Shown: positions 1 through 9,901 of the stretch, in pieces | How the letters are laid out: every line of letters starts with the position of its first letter | Position numbering within the stretch: position 1 is the stretch's first letter | Assembly: GCA_963809485.1 (NCBI GenBank) | Contig: CAWEJX010000018.1 | Span: 1 to 43,900 of the forward strand | Reading direction: 5' to 3' | From: an uncultured Acidobacteriota bacterium | Lineage (GTDB): Bacteria; Acidobacteriota; UBA6911 | Length of the DNA stretch: 43,900 bases | The notes under the pieces: generated by a model | Seen by the model: only the letters and a program-made list of their open reading frames with translations | Databases searched by the model: none | Told to the model about the DNA's origin: nothing | Made by a program: the position numbers and the translations under genes

Positions 1-738
1 ACGACTAAAAGGGCAACCTTTAGGTCTTCTCGACCGGCGCACTCGTTTCATAGGTGCTGGATTTACCGGTAAGACAGGACTCTTCTCCGGGCTCTCATAA
101 AGAACTCGACTCTTGGCGATCTTCAACACGCCGTCACTGCAATCAGTCAATTGTATGATTCTTGAGCGGCCTTTTAAATAGGATCGTACCTGCTGAGCCG
201 CAAAATCGAGTCTATGTACGAAATTTTAAAAACGCTTGCCGTTCAGATCGGCCGCGTTTGCATGCGCCAAAATTATTTCCGAGTACTTCCTGCTATCCGG
301 TTCCTTTGGAACAAGCTCAATCGCGATATCCAAGTCCCCAACGGTTGAGGATCCGGTGAGGAAGCTGCCAAATAGGACCACCTTTCGGACCCGATAAAGA
401 AATCTACCCGCCTCATTTACTTTCCTGACACGATCCATAAATTCGCTCAGTTTTTGCTTGGCTGCTCGCCGGGACACCGGCGCGGAGAAAAGGGCTTTAC
501 TGAGCGCTCCTCCCTTAATCGTATTTTTCCATTTCTTATTTGGGTCCGGAGCGAAAGCATTTTTCTCGATAAATCCCTGCCTTTCGAGATCATTCAGCAA
601 CTTTGTTGCGCTTCTTTCATTGAGACCCAAAACTTCAGTTGCCTTATCGACAGATAGGGAGAGCGTGCTTTGGCGCAATAACTTTCGAATCTGCTTGGCA
701 GGAAAGCCCGCCATGACATCATCTGGCCGGATTCGCAT
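1..738 (-). pseudogene. wHTH + nucleotidyltransferase (pol-beta/MNT-like) protein interrupted by an in-frame TAA at 226-228; frame stays open to the window edge
   Basis: VVLFGSFLTGSSTVGDLDIAIEL matches the GS..DxD NTase motif. The N-terminus is HTH-like (ATKLLNDLERQGFIEK). After the TAA the same frame reads NFVHRLDFAAQQVRSYLKGRSRIIQLTD... with no stop down to position 1. Confidence 0.7.
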
Positions 739-877
739 ATCCGCTATATGACACCAGTTATCCGCTTATTTCAATTGTTCCCTCCAAATTGCAGAAGGAA
801 TTGACCTTCCTGCCAGGCCTTCTTCGGCTTCAAATTGCCATATCCGCCGATAAAAATGCCAACGGCAAAGGAGGCCG

Positions 878-1629
878 TTGGCTATGGCACAATCCCGGAA
901 AAAGGGTCACGCCCAAAGAAAAGTCCTAAGGATCCCGGATTTTGAGAATTCAAAACATGCGGTGATGAGCTCCCTTCCGGCCAAGGCATCTCAAGTATCC
1001 TATGAATGTGCTATTGACGGATTCATTTCCTGGTACTGCTCAGAACCGCGGCTGGCTTTCAATCGCGCCGTTGTGCTCCGATATCGCTTTTCCCTTGAAC
1101 AGAAAAACCTCGCCCCGTCGACCATCAATGTTTGGCTCGCGGCCGTGCGTCGTCTCGCTCTCGAAGCTTCAGACTCGGGATTGCTGAGCCCAGAATTGGC
1201 GGCCGGCATCGCCAGAGTTAAGGGTGCCAAACGGTTGGGGGTTCGGATTGGTAATTGACTGACGGCTGAACAAGAGAAAGCGCTCCTTCAGGGCTCACCC
1301 TCGGAGACTCTGCGCGGAAAAAGCGGCCACGCAATCCTGGCTGTACTTCTCGAGTGTGGACTCCGTCGCGCTGTAGCCGTTGGTATCCGCATAGAAGATT
1401 TACAGGTTCGAGAGGAACACTGGGTCATCGCCGACCTCGTTGAAAAGGGCAGACATGTTCGGACCGTGCCGATGCCTGGTTGGGTCAAGGATGCCGTGGA
1501 TGAATGGGCTTCCGCCGCTGGAATTTCGGGGGGAATAATCTTCCGCAGAATCAACAAGGAGGGCAAAGTCTGGGGACCCGGGCTCACATCAAAGGCTGAT
1601 GCAAATGCCTTGTGGAGTGTTGTATCCTG
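878..1629 (+). pseudogene. Tyrosine recombinase/integrase with an internal stop and C-terminal truncation
   Basis: SAM-like N-domain (LAPSTINVWLAAVRRLALEA). TGA at 1256-1258 sits where GN-W-LT is expected. The frame continues ILAVLLECGLRRA...KGRHVRTVPMPGWVK and ends before the HxLR box and catalytic Tyr. Confidence 0.85.
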
Positions 1630-1655
1630 ACAAAATTATATAAGGGAGATGTTGA

Positions 1656-2732
1656 TTGGAAAACACAGACAAAGTTTATGTCGAGCTTCAAAAGCACCTG
1701 GACAAACAGGCAGTGGGGTTTCCTGCCACTAAAACAGGAGTGGAGCTCCGTATCCTTAAAGAGCTTTTCACGCCGGAACAGGCCGGAATGGCGCTCCGCT
1801 TAAGCGTCGAACCGAAATCAGTGATACAAGTGCATGAAGAGATGAAGGCGTCCGGCATTACCGTGGAAAAAGTCGCCCAACTGCTCATCGAGATGGTTAA
1901 GAACGGGGCTATCACGGCGAAAGAAGAAAAAGGCAATTATTATTTCTTTACCATGCCGCTGCTCGTCGGTATTGCGGAAATGCATGGCGGCCGGGCTACG
2001 CCTCAATTCTGGCAAGATTTTTCCAGCTATATGGCAGGGGAATTCGGCAAGGCATATAACAGCACTAAAACATCGCAGATGCGCACCATCCCGGTGGGAA
2101 AGAGCATTACTGTCGAGCATCGTGTCACCACTTATGACAATATCCGGGACATAATTAATAATACTTGTGACCCTATTGTCATCAATCGATGCATGTGCCG
2201 GATGGGAGCAGCGGCGCGAGGCAATCCCTGCAAAAAGACCCACCGTGAAGAAACCTGCATGGCCTTTGGCGAATGGGCCAAGCTGGCGGTAAAAGGGGGT
2301 GCCCAGCCCATCTCTAAAGAAGAAGCCTTGGGAATTATGAGCCAGAATGAAGAGGACGGGCTCGTCCTGCAGCCGAACAACTACCAGAATGTGGATTTCG
2401 TCTGCGCTTGCTGCGGATGCTGCTGCGGTATTCTGATGCTGCAAAAAGCTTTGCCTGATCCGGCTATAGTCTGGGCGCACAACTATTATGCGGCGGTGGA
2501 TGCGGGGTCTTGCGTGGGATGCGGCACGTGCGTGGAACGCTGTCAGGTCAACGCTATAAAGATTGACGCAAATAACGGCGCGGCCGTGATAAGTCTGGAG
2601 CGGTGCATCGGCTGCGGCAATTGTGTAGTCACCTGCTCCTCAGAAGCCATGAAACTTGTGAAAAAAGCTGAAGAAACCGTACCTCCCGCGGACGCTCCCG
2701 CGCTTTACAAGATGCTGGCCGAAAGGATGTAG
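1656..2732 (+). CDS. 4Fe-4S binding protein (N-terminal helical domain, Cys-rich middle, C-terminal 2x[4Fe-4S])
   Basis: CMC, CxCCGCCC, CVGCGTCVERC and CIGCGNCVVTC motifs; AGGGAG RBS before the TTG start. Confidence 0.85.
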   Translation: MENTDKVYVELQKHLDKQAVGFPATKTGVELRILKELFTPEQAGMALRLSVEPKSVIQVHEEMKASGITVEKVAQLLIEMVKNGAITAKEEKGNYYFFTMPLLVGIAEMHGGRATPQFWQDFSSYMAGEFGKAYNSTKTSQMRTIPVGKSITVEHRVTTYDNIRDIINNTCDPIVINRCMCRMGAAARGNPCKKTHREETCMAFGEWAKLAVKGGAQPISKEEALGIMSQNEEDGLVLQPNNYQNVDFVCACCGCCCGILMLQKALPDPAIVWAHNYYAAVDAGSCVGCGTCVERCQVNAIKIDANNGAAVISLERCIGCGNCVVTCSSEAMKLVKKAEETVPPADAPALYKMLAERM

Positions 2733-2982
2733 CTAACGCGTGGACCCTTTGTTTATAAGCCTCGGCGCGTTTTAATGGGTTTTGTTCTTTTCGGCTCTTT
2801 CGCGAGAATTTTTGCTACCCCGGTGCTGCCCCGATAAATCAGCAGTTGCCTTAGTCGCAGAACCATAAATTTGACTAACTCCCCATCAGGAAGCTTCAAA
2901 TAACTGAGGAAGTCAGCATTAACGGCTGCAATTGACACTTTGGCGTTATCTCCCAGATCACGATCTGAGGAGTCAGAGTATC

Positions 2983-3387
2983 TCACTTTACCGGTTCAAT
3001 AGAATTTTGTTTATTTGAATCATCCGGATTTTCGTTCAAAGGCAGTTTGGGCTTTTTAAGTGCCCTGACAATTAAAAGCACAATGGATGCCAGCCATCCC
3101 AGGGGATAAGGCAGCACAAGTATTCCCCACCACCATGACAATGCTCCTTTGCCAAAACCGCCGAACGATGAAAAGAAAAACAGGAAAAAAACGCCAACAA
3201 CGATCAGGGTAGAAAATGTCAGAAATAGTTTTCTATGCCGGTCACGCCTCAAATATGCTGATATCGTCATAATGATGCTTCCTGCCACTATTACGACGGA
3301 TCCTTCCAGCGGGTCCAGAGCACCGATGATCAGTGCAACAACACCGATAATGAAAAGAGCCTTGAGAAATGTGAGTTTCCTTTTCAT
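2983..3387 (-). CDS. Small membrane protein (about 4 TM), hypothetical
   Basis: GGAGG RBS, ATG start and hydrophobic helices. Confidence 0.7.
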   Translation of the reverse strand: MKRKLTFLKALFIIGVVALIIGALDPLEGSVVIVAGSIIMTISAYLRRDRHRKLFLTFSTLIVVGVFFLFFFSSFGGFGKGALSWWWGILVLPYPLGWLASIVLLIVRALKKPKLPLNENPDDSNKQNSIEPVK

Positions 3388-3531
3388 GCTAGCCTCCCGA
3401 GCCTGGCGCTGTTACCCCATGATTGAAGCCATGGAAGCTGATCAACGCAGCGTCATTGCTCCTATCTCTAATAGCGATATTTTCTCTGAAGAATTATAGC
3501 AAATAGTGTCTTTCGGGGTCGGTTGATCCCC

Positions 3532-3729
3532 CCCCTGATGGCCATCTCAAGTGCTCCACCTGTGGCCACGTCAAAATACCCCACCCCCAAAAACACTTAT
3601 GGGGGGATGAAAAAGGGAATAACTATTTGCCACAATGAGTTACTGGCATAGCAAAACCCATAACATAATTTCATGCTGGGGTACCAGCACCTGGCCACAG
3701 GTGGGGTATTTGTTAGTGGCCATCCGGGG
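3532..3729. mobile_element. Internally deleted IS21-family-like remnant (paired ends only)
   Basis: Left end CCCCTGATGGCCATCTCAAGTGCTCCACCTGTGGCCAC. Reverse complement of the right end is CCCCGGATGGCCACTAACAAATACCCCACCTGTGGCCAG. Sub-terminal motifs are reiterated as in IS21 ends. No transposase lies between them. Confidence 0.65.
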
Positions 3730-4740
3730 CAACATCATCGGATCGATTGCACATGCGGTGGTTCAAAGCGATTTACATCCGGCGCGGATTTTTACGGTGA
3801 TCATCGGCGCATCTTCGAAAGGGAGAAAGGGGATCGCCTGCAGCACTCCAAAAGAAATACTCAGCCGGATTGACAACCACTGGTCGGATCGCAGAGTAAG
3901 ATCCGGCCTGTCCTCCGGAGAAGGGCTGATATATCACGTCCGAGACCAACTTGTAAAAACAGTTCCGGTCAGGAAAAAGGGAAGGATTTCGATTATGAGG
4001 AAGAGCTCGAGGATGCAGGCGAATCCGACAAGCGGCTGCTTTGTATCGAGCCCGAATTCTCGACCATGCTGAAAATCATGGGGAGAGAAGGCAATAGCCT
4101 ATCAGGCGTTATCCGCCAGGCGTGGAATACAGGGAGTCTTTGCACCTTAACCCGAAACAATCCTCTCCATGCAACCGGCGCGCATGTGTCCATTATCGGG
4201 CACACAACAAAGGACGAACTGATACGATCGATTTCGGCTGCCGAACAGGGCAACGGCTTTGCCAATAGATTCCTTTGGCTGCTCGCCCAAAGGTCCAAAG
4301 CGCTCCCACACGGTGCGCCTTTGCCGGAAGAAATATTGCATGAATTAGCCGGCAGACTAGGCAGGGCAACAGCTTTCGGAGGAAATGCCGGCGCGATCTT
4401 GAATCGAGCCGAGGCACAGGTGCTTCGGCTAAGCCTGCTCTATGCTCTTTTGGATTGCTCCAGCACAATCCGCGTAGAACATCTCCAGGCGGCCCTGGCT
4501 GTTTGGGACTATTGCGAGGTATCGGTGAGATACATTTTCGGAACAAAGACCGGGAATCCCGTTGCGGATCGCATCATCGAAGCCGTGCGGGAATCTATTT
4601 GCGGATATCTCACCGATGACGAAATCGGCAGGCTTTGTGGTGGACACAGGACGCATAAAAAAACCCATGCTCTCCACTTTTTGCATCAAATTGGCTGGTT
4701 GATAAAAGAAACCAGGCAGACCAAGGGACACAGCCGGTAA
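3728..4740 (+). pseudogene. DUF3987-like (phage/plasmid replication-associated P-loop) protein, 5'-truncated and frameshifted near 3990
   Basis: GNIIG...IGASSKGRKG...GLSSGEGLIYHVRD, then in another frame DKRLLCIEPEFSTMLKIMGREGNSLSGVIRQAW...GFANRFLW. Confidence 0.65.
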
Positions 4741-4809
4741 CCATTTGGAGAGTTGTTTAGCAGGTAATCAGGACACCTTTTCTCTCTTATCTCGCTTTTC
4801 TCGCAACCT

Positions 4810-5160
4810 GTGGAGTTTTCACATGAGCTTCCTGAAATGGCAAAACAGTACCTGTTTCCCGGAAAAACCCCGGACAAACCGTTTTACGACATGAAACGGC
4901 CGTTTGAAAAGGCAGTATCTGCCGCCAAACTGGATGGAGTGACCTTTCAGAACATAAGTTCAGACACACTTGCGCGTCACACCCTGCAATGTCGGGCGTT
5001 GATCTGACAACCGTCAAGGAGATTATGCGCCACAAGACGATTGAGAGGACTCTGCGCTATGCTCACCGGTCGCCGGGACATAAGAAATCGGCGATTGCCA
5101 CGCTTGAATCGGCTCTCACGCCGAAGAAGGATAAGAGAGATATAAAGGCTCAAATAGCCT
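4810..5160 (+). pseudogene. C-terminal fragment of a phage-type tyrosine integrase next to the tRNA
   Basis: YLFPGK...FEKAVSAAKLDGVTF, a degenerate HxLRHT, then after a frameshift AMSGVDLTTVKEIMRHKTIERTLRYAH with the catalytic Tyr region. Confidence 0.8.
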
Positions 5161-5252
5161 GATTACCCCCACCCTACCCCCAAAGAGGATTTGAGCGATG
5201 AAAGGCCAGAAGGGATTCCGAAATAAAGTCAACCAGGAGAAACACTTAGGGA

Positions 5253-5326
<74 letters not shown>

Positions 5327-5586
5327 ACAAATCAAGGCCCCGCTACCTTCATAATCGAAACAGGATCAAATCCTGATTCGAGCGAACGCATCCGCCTTGT
5401 GTGGCGGAGAGAGTGTACCACAGCCCCTTCCGGTAATTGAAGCTGTCTTCGGAGTTTTGCATTTTGGCGGTTTCTGGAGGAGACCAGACATGAGCCGGAG
5501 CAACACGCCAAAGGTTGCGTCGCCGAAGCTGTTATCAGCGGGCGCCATTGCGCAATGCGAAAGCAGTACCGAATCGAAGTCCCCAG

Positions 5587-5617
5587 TTGACAGAAAGAAA
5601 GACGCGAAGGATATAAT
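5587..5617 (+). promoter_or_regulatory. Candidate sigma70 promoter
   Basis: TTGACA (5587-5592), a 19-nt spacer and TATAAT (5612-5617), ending 6 nt before the GTG at 5624. Confidence 0.5.
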
Positions 5618-5623
5618 TAATGA

Positions 5624-6997
5624 GTGATGAATAGGACACCCGGCAGCCCTTTTGAATCCTTCCAGTGGTCGCCCCAGCCTGAGGCCTTCAGCTTCCTCCG
5701 CCGGCTGGTCCGCGATTTTCTCGAGGCATGCCCCGAAGCGGCGGCGTTTGCTTGCCGGATGAGCGAGGAGACGGGCACCCGCTTTATCGACTGGATCGAC
5801 CACATCCGTTTGAACCGCGGCGACCGCAGGGTAGCCGAGCTTGAGGGCGTGGGCTATCGGCCCGAATGCGAAATGGCATCGCACACGGTCTATCGAAACA
5901 CCAGCGGCGTTTTTCCTGCAGTATTGGCATGGGACGGCGGGATGGAAATCGGGATCAAAGTCGAGTCGGTCGCAGATTTTCTCGCGGCGAACCAGCTGCA
6001 GCGGGATATCATCGGTAGTCCGCTTGCGGTTCTGAGAACAAGCAGAATCTATGAAGCCCGAGACTGCGCTCTAACCATTGTGGAACGGCACGGCACCGGT
6101 GGCTTCGATGCGGGAAGCCCGGAACAGCAGTTTCGGATTCACCGGCTTGTGCACTGGGAAAAATTCCGGATGCGCCCCAGAAGCTTTGATCGCGACGAAG
6201 ACGGATTTGAAGCGGCGAACCGGTTGATCGACGGCGCGATCCGGGATCTCGGGAAAGATCTGACGTGCGATCTATGGTTTGCCGCAGAGCGAGAGTTCTG
6301 GATGCGCCGGAACCGCGCGGCCCGCGCGCAGAAGGCTCGCCAAGACAGACTTGGACTGGGCTGGGCCAATCACGATCATCACACCTACCGATCATCACGC
6401 ACAAACTTCAAGCTGCTGATCGCGGCCTGGGAAAAACTCGGTCTGCGGTGCCGCGAGCGGTTCTACGCCGGCCGCGAAGCGGGATGGGGCGCGCAGGTGA
6501 TGGAACAGCCGGTCACCGGAATCATCACATTCAACGACGTCGACCTTACACCCGATGAACTGATGGGTGATTTCAGCCACGAAGGTCTGGAAGAACAGCA
6601 GAAGCTCGGCACCGTCGGCCTCTGGTGCGGACTGCACGGCGACTCCTTTCTGCAATCCGGCATGCATCACCTCGAGGCAATGTTTGATTTTGACTCCCTC
6701 ACCCGACAGCTGGCAGAAGAGGCGGGCGTGAAAACGATGAAACCATTCTCGGATTTCCCGTATCTTCGCCAGGCCTTCACGGAGGGCGAACGCTGGAGAG
6801 TGGACTCGCTGAGAATCGCGCGCTTGCGCAAGACAGGGGCGATCACCGCCGAGCAGGCAGAGCAGTTCCATGCCAAAGGCGCGATCGGATCGCATCTCGA
6901 AAACCTGGAGCGGAATGACGGATTTAAGGGTTTCAATCAAGCCGGCGTCAGCGAAATCATCCACGCAACCGACCCCCGCAAAAACATCGGCGCCTGA
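5624..6997 (+). CDS. Conserved hypothetical protein, probable VOC-superfamily metalloenzyme (DUF1338/HPPD-like C-terminal half)
   Basis: Long ORF with motifs DWIDHI, NHDHHTYR, GMHHLE, HLENLERN and GFKGFNQAGVSEIIHAT. Confidence 0.75.
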   Translation: MMNRTPGSPFESFQWSPQPEAFSFLRRLVRDFLEACPEAAAFACRMSEETGTRFIDWIDHIRLNRGDRRVAELEGVGYRPECEMASHTVYRNTSGVFPAVLAWDGGMEIGIKVESVADFLAANQLQRDIIGSPLAVLRTSRIYEARDCALTIVERHGTGGFDAGSPEQQFRIHRLVHWEKFRMRPRSFDRDEDGFEAANRLIDGAIRDLGKDLTCDLWFAAEREFWMRRNRAARAQKARQDRLGLGWANHDHHTYRSSRTNFKLLIAAWEKLGLRCRERFYAGREAGWGAQVMEQPVTGIITFNDVDLTPDELMGDFSHEGLEEQQKLGTVGLWCGLHGDSFLQSGMHHLEAMFDFDSLTRQLAEEAGVKTMKPFSDFPYLRQAFTEGERWRVDSLRIARLRKTGAITAEQAEQFHAKGAIGSHLENLERNDGFKGFNQAGVSEIIHATDPRKNIGA

Positions 6998-7014
6998 TTC
7001 AGAGCCAGACCACT

Positions 7015-7770
7015 ATGAAACGCTGGTATGAAGAGCTGTTCACCAATTACGCGAAAACCTACGATACGGAGCGCTTTACTGCCGGAACAATGGGAGAAGT
7101 CGATTTCCTTGAGAAGGAATTGGGTTACGATAAAACCCAATCCATTCTCGATATCGGCTGCGGCACAGGGCGCCATGCGATCGAACTGGCAAGACGCGGA
7201 TACTCGGTCACGGGGATCGATCTGTCCGCTTCACAGCTCGAAAGAGCCGGGCAGAAGGCAAAAGAAGCCGGCGTCCGCATTGATTTCCGTCAGCTCAATG
7301 CCTGTGCTCTGCCCTTCCGGAATGAATTCGATTTCGCGATCATGCTTTGCGAGGGCGGATTTTCACTGCAGGAAACGGATGCGCTGAATTTTCAGATCCT
7401 CGAAGGCGCTGAGCGGGCGCTTCGGTCCCCGGGGAAACTGATTTTCTCGGCATTGAACGCCCTTTTCCCCCTCTACAAAAATCTCAAGGATTTCCTGAAT
7501 ACAGGGCCAAGCGGGGCAGCCGCCTCAGAATGCACCTTCAATCCCCTCACATTCCGCCAGCACACGATTATGAATATTACGGATGATGACGGAAACAGAA
7601 AGGAATTGGAGGCCGACGAGCGCTACTACGCTCCCTCGGAAATTTCATGGTATCTGGCCTCGCTTGGATTCGGGAAAAGCGCCATCCACGGATGCCGGCT
7701 CGGGAACTTCAGCCGCGACCACAACCTTTCGACCGAAGACTTCGAGATGCTCGTGATAGCCGAAAAATAG
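7015..7770 (+). CDS. Class I SAM-dependent methyltransferase
   Basis: ILDIGCGTGRH motif I; VTGIDLS. Confidence 0.92.
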   Translation: MKRWYEELFTNYAKTYDTERFTAGTMGEVDFLEKELGYDKTQSILDIGCGTGRHAIELARRGYSVTGIDLSASQLERAGQKAKEAGVRIDFRQLNACALPFRNEFDFAIMLCEGGFSLQETDALNFQILEGAERALRSPGKLIFSALNALFPLYKNLKDFLNTGPSGAAASECTFNPLTFRQHTIMNITDDDGNRKELEADERYYAPSEISWYLASLGFGKSAIHGCRLGNFSRDHNLSTEDFEMLVIAEK

Positions 7771-8034
7771 CTGTCGCTCCGTTCTGCTGAAGATCGGGCA
7801 TCCATGTGCCAGCAACCCAAAGGTTGATGGATTGAGCCTTGGAGCCCTTTCTTCACCAACCTTCAACGGGTCGTCATTCGTCGGCGTTTCCCGGTTTTGG
7901 AGCCGTCAAATCCCTTGTCCCATAGCAAAACCGAGCGATTGCCAATGCAGTCAATTCGGAAAAATGCGCAGGAATCGGGGAATCATCTTATAATGACTCC
8001 AATCCGTTCCATAGCAATCAAAGGAGAGGGAGAT

Positions 8035-8988
8035 ATGAAAAATCTGCTGACGATCTGTTTTGTTTGCGTCCTGGCAGCCGGAAGCATTGCGGCTCAAGCT
8101 CAAACATCCGGCTCCTGCGACCGCAAATGCCTGGAAGGCATCGCCGACCAATACCTCGCGGCCATGGTGGCCCATGATGCCTCCAGGGCGCCGTTTGCCA
8201 AAAATGTGAAATTCACCGAGAATACGATCAAGCTTCCTCTTACTGAAGGACTCTGGTTCACAGCTTCGGGCCTGGGCGCTTTCAAGTTTTATATATGCGA
8301 CGTGCAGACAGGCCAGGTCGCCTGGACCGGCCTTGCCAAAGAGCACGACAAACCGGTTTTGCTTTCGGTAAGGCTGAAGTTGGTGAACCGGCAGATCACC
8401 GAAGCGGAGTCGATCGTGGTCCGGGATGTGAACGAGAAGATTCTTGGCAACCTGAAAAATCCGCCTCCCACTTTTGCCGAAATCCTGGCTCCGTCCGAGC
8501 GCATGTCACGCAAAGAAATGCTGAGAATACCGGATATCTATTTCGAGGCACTCGACAAACTCAATGACAGCGCGATCCCGTGGGACAAGGACGCCTACCG
8601 TATGGAAAACGGGATGGTGACATGCGGGACTATACCCAATGCCGCTCCGCCTCTCCCCGGGATGCCGGCAGCCACCTCCTGTAAAACTCCCGACGGCATC
8701 ATTCCTCCCATGCTCAAGACTATTTTCAATGTTCTTCCCCGCCGAACCCCGGTGGTGGATGAGGAAAAAGGGCTAACCTGGGGCCTGTATTGTTTCAATC
8801 ATCGCGGGCTTGCCACAATCAAGATGCCGGATGGGACCACCCGGCCCAGCTATGCCGCAACTCCCAGTTCCATGCCGTTTGCTGATGTCTTCAAGACAAA
8901 GAACGGGAAGCTCAGGGGCATTTTTGCCATCGGGACAATGCTTCCCTACGGCATAGGAGATGGCTGGTCAGGTCCTTTGTTTAAATAG
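8035..8988 (+). CDS. Secreted hypothetical protein, probably tandem NTF2/SnoaL-like domains
   Basis: AGGAGAGGGAG RBS, Sec signal peptide, CDRKCLEGIADQYLAAMVAHD...FTEN and a second RMENG repeat. Confidence 0.7.
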   Translation: MKNLLTICFVCVLAAGSIAAQAQTSGSCDRKCLEGIADQYLAAMVAHDASRAPFAKNVKFTENTIKLPLTEGLWFTASGLGAFKFYICDVQTGQVAWTGLAKEHDKPVLLSVRLKLVNRQITEAESIVVRDVNEKILGNLKNPPPTFAEILAPSERMSRKEMLRIPDIYFEALDKLNDSAIPWDKDAYRMENGMVTCGTIPNAAPPLPGMPAATSCKTPDGIIPPMLKTIFNVLPRRTPVVDEEKGLTWGLYCFNHRGLATIKMPDGTTRPSYAATPSSMPFADVFKTKNGKLRGIFAIGTMLPYGIGDGWSGPLFK

Positions 8989-8999
8989 AAAATGTGAGG

Positions 9000-9170
9000 C
9001 ATGACCCTGGTTCGGTGCTTCCCGGGGTTTTTACCGACTATCTTTTCAGAGATCCCGGGAAGGTTGGTTCTACCATCACTCCTGAAATGGTAGGCGCGGG
9101 CATTCTCATGCTGATTGTATTATCGTGGTCCATGCGGCCCTATCGGATTCACTACCGACAGATGCATCCG
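9000..9170 (+). pseudogene. Possible remnant of the last helices of an MFS transporter
   Basis: GVFTDYLFRDPGKVG...LSWSMRPYR resembles MFS C-terminal ends; no proper start. Confidence 0.3.
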
Positions 9171-9245
9171 GGACCGGCATCTCCCGCCGGATTTCACGGC
9201 GATGCGGGCCGGAGTTCGGAGAGATTTCATGGATAGGAGAACCCT

Positions 9246-9698
9246 ATGATTCGCGGCATAGATCACACAAGCTTCACCGTGAGCGACATGGAAAGGTCGA
9301 TCACCTTTTACCGGGACGTTCTGGGATTGAGTGTTGCATGGGATTCGGCGGCGGCAGGTGAAGAGTTTAAGGGACCTGTAGCCGACAGGCTTACGGGGTG
9401 TCCCGGAGCGGAGTTGCGCATTGTCTTTATGACTGCCGGAGAAAACCGCATCGAACTCGTGCAATATACGCCGACGGGAAGACCGCAGGCGGGCAACAAG
9501 GCCAGCGACACAGGCAGCGCCCACGTCTGCTTCATGACAGACGACATCCAGGAGCTCTTCCGCAGGCTCGTGGTAAACAACGTGCGGACGCACTGCACGC
9601 CCCAAAACCTCAACAACAACTTTGTGATGTATTTCCGGGATCCTGACGGAATAATCCTTGAAGCCGCACAGGGGGAACTGCCCGGCCAATCCCTGTAG
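9246..9698 (+). CDS. VOC/glyoxalase family protein
   Basis: IDHTSFTVSDMERSITFYRDVLG, IELVQY, HVCF, YFRDPDGIILE. Confidence 0.92.
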   Translation: MIRGIDHTSFTVSDMERSITFYRDVLGLSVAWDSAAAGEEFKGPVADRLTGCPGAELRIVFMTAGENRIELVQYTPTGRPQAGNKASDTGSAHVCFMTDDIQELFRRLVVNNVRTHCTPQNLNNNFVMYFRDPDGIILEAAQGELPGQSL

Positions 9699-9901
9699 CG
9701 TGCGATCCCGGAGGGAAAGCCATGCTGTCAATAGAAGAACTCGTGCCGGCATTTTATGAATTCGCTGTATTTCGTGCTTTCATATGGAAGCTCCGTATGC
9801 CGGCAATGAGGCCATAGTTATTCCGGGAGGAATTTATTCCCAATCTCCCAGGCAATCTTGGACTAACGATGGGAATCGGTCGCATTTGAGCAGGAGCAGC
9901 C

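Noticed and set aside
226-1258. Stop-codon reassignment or selenocysteine to explain the in-frame stops
   Set aside because: The stops differ (TAA and TGA), both lie in decayed island genes, and TGA, TAA and TAG end normal genes elsewhere. The TGA replaces a Trp codon by one substitution.
2753-2986. 77-aa minus-strand ORF overlapping the stop of the membrane protein gene
   Set aside because: No recognisable motif. The 4-bp overlap is suggestive but not enough to call a gene.
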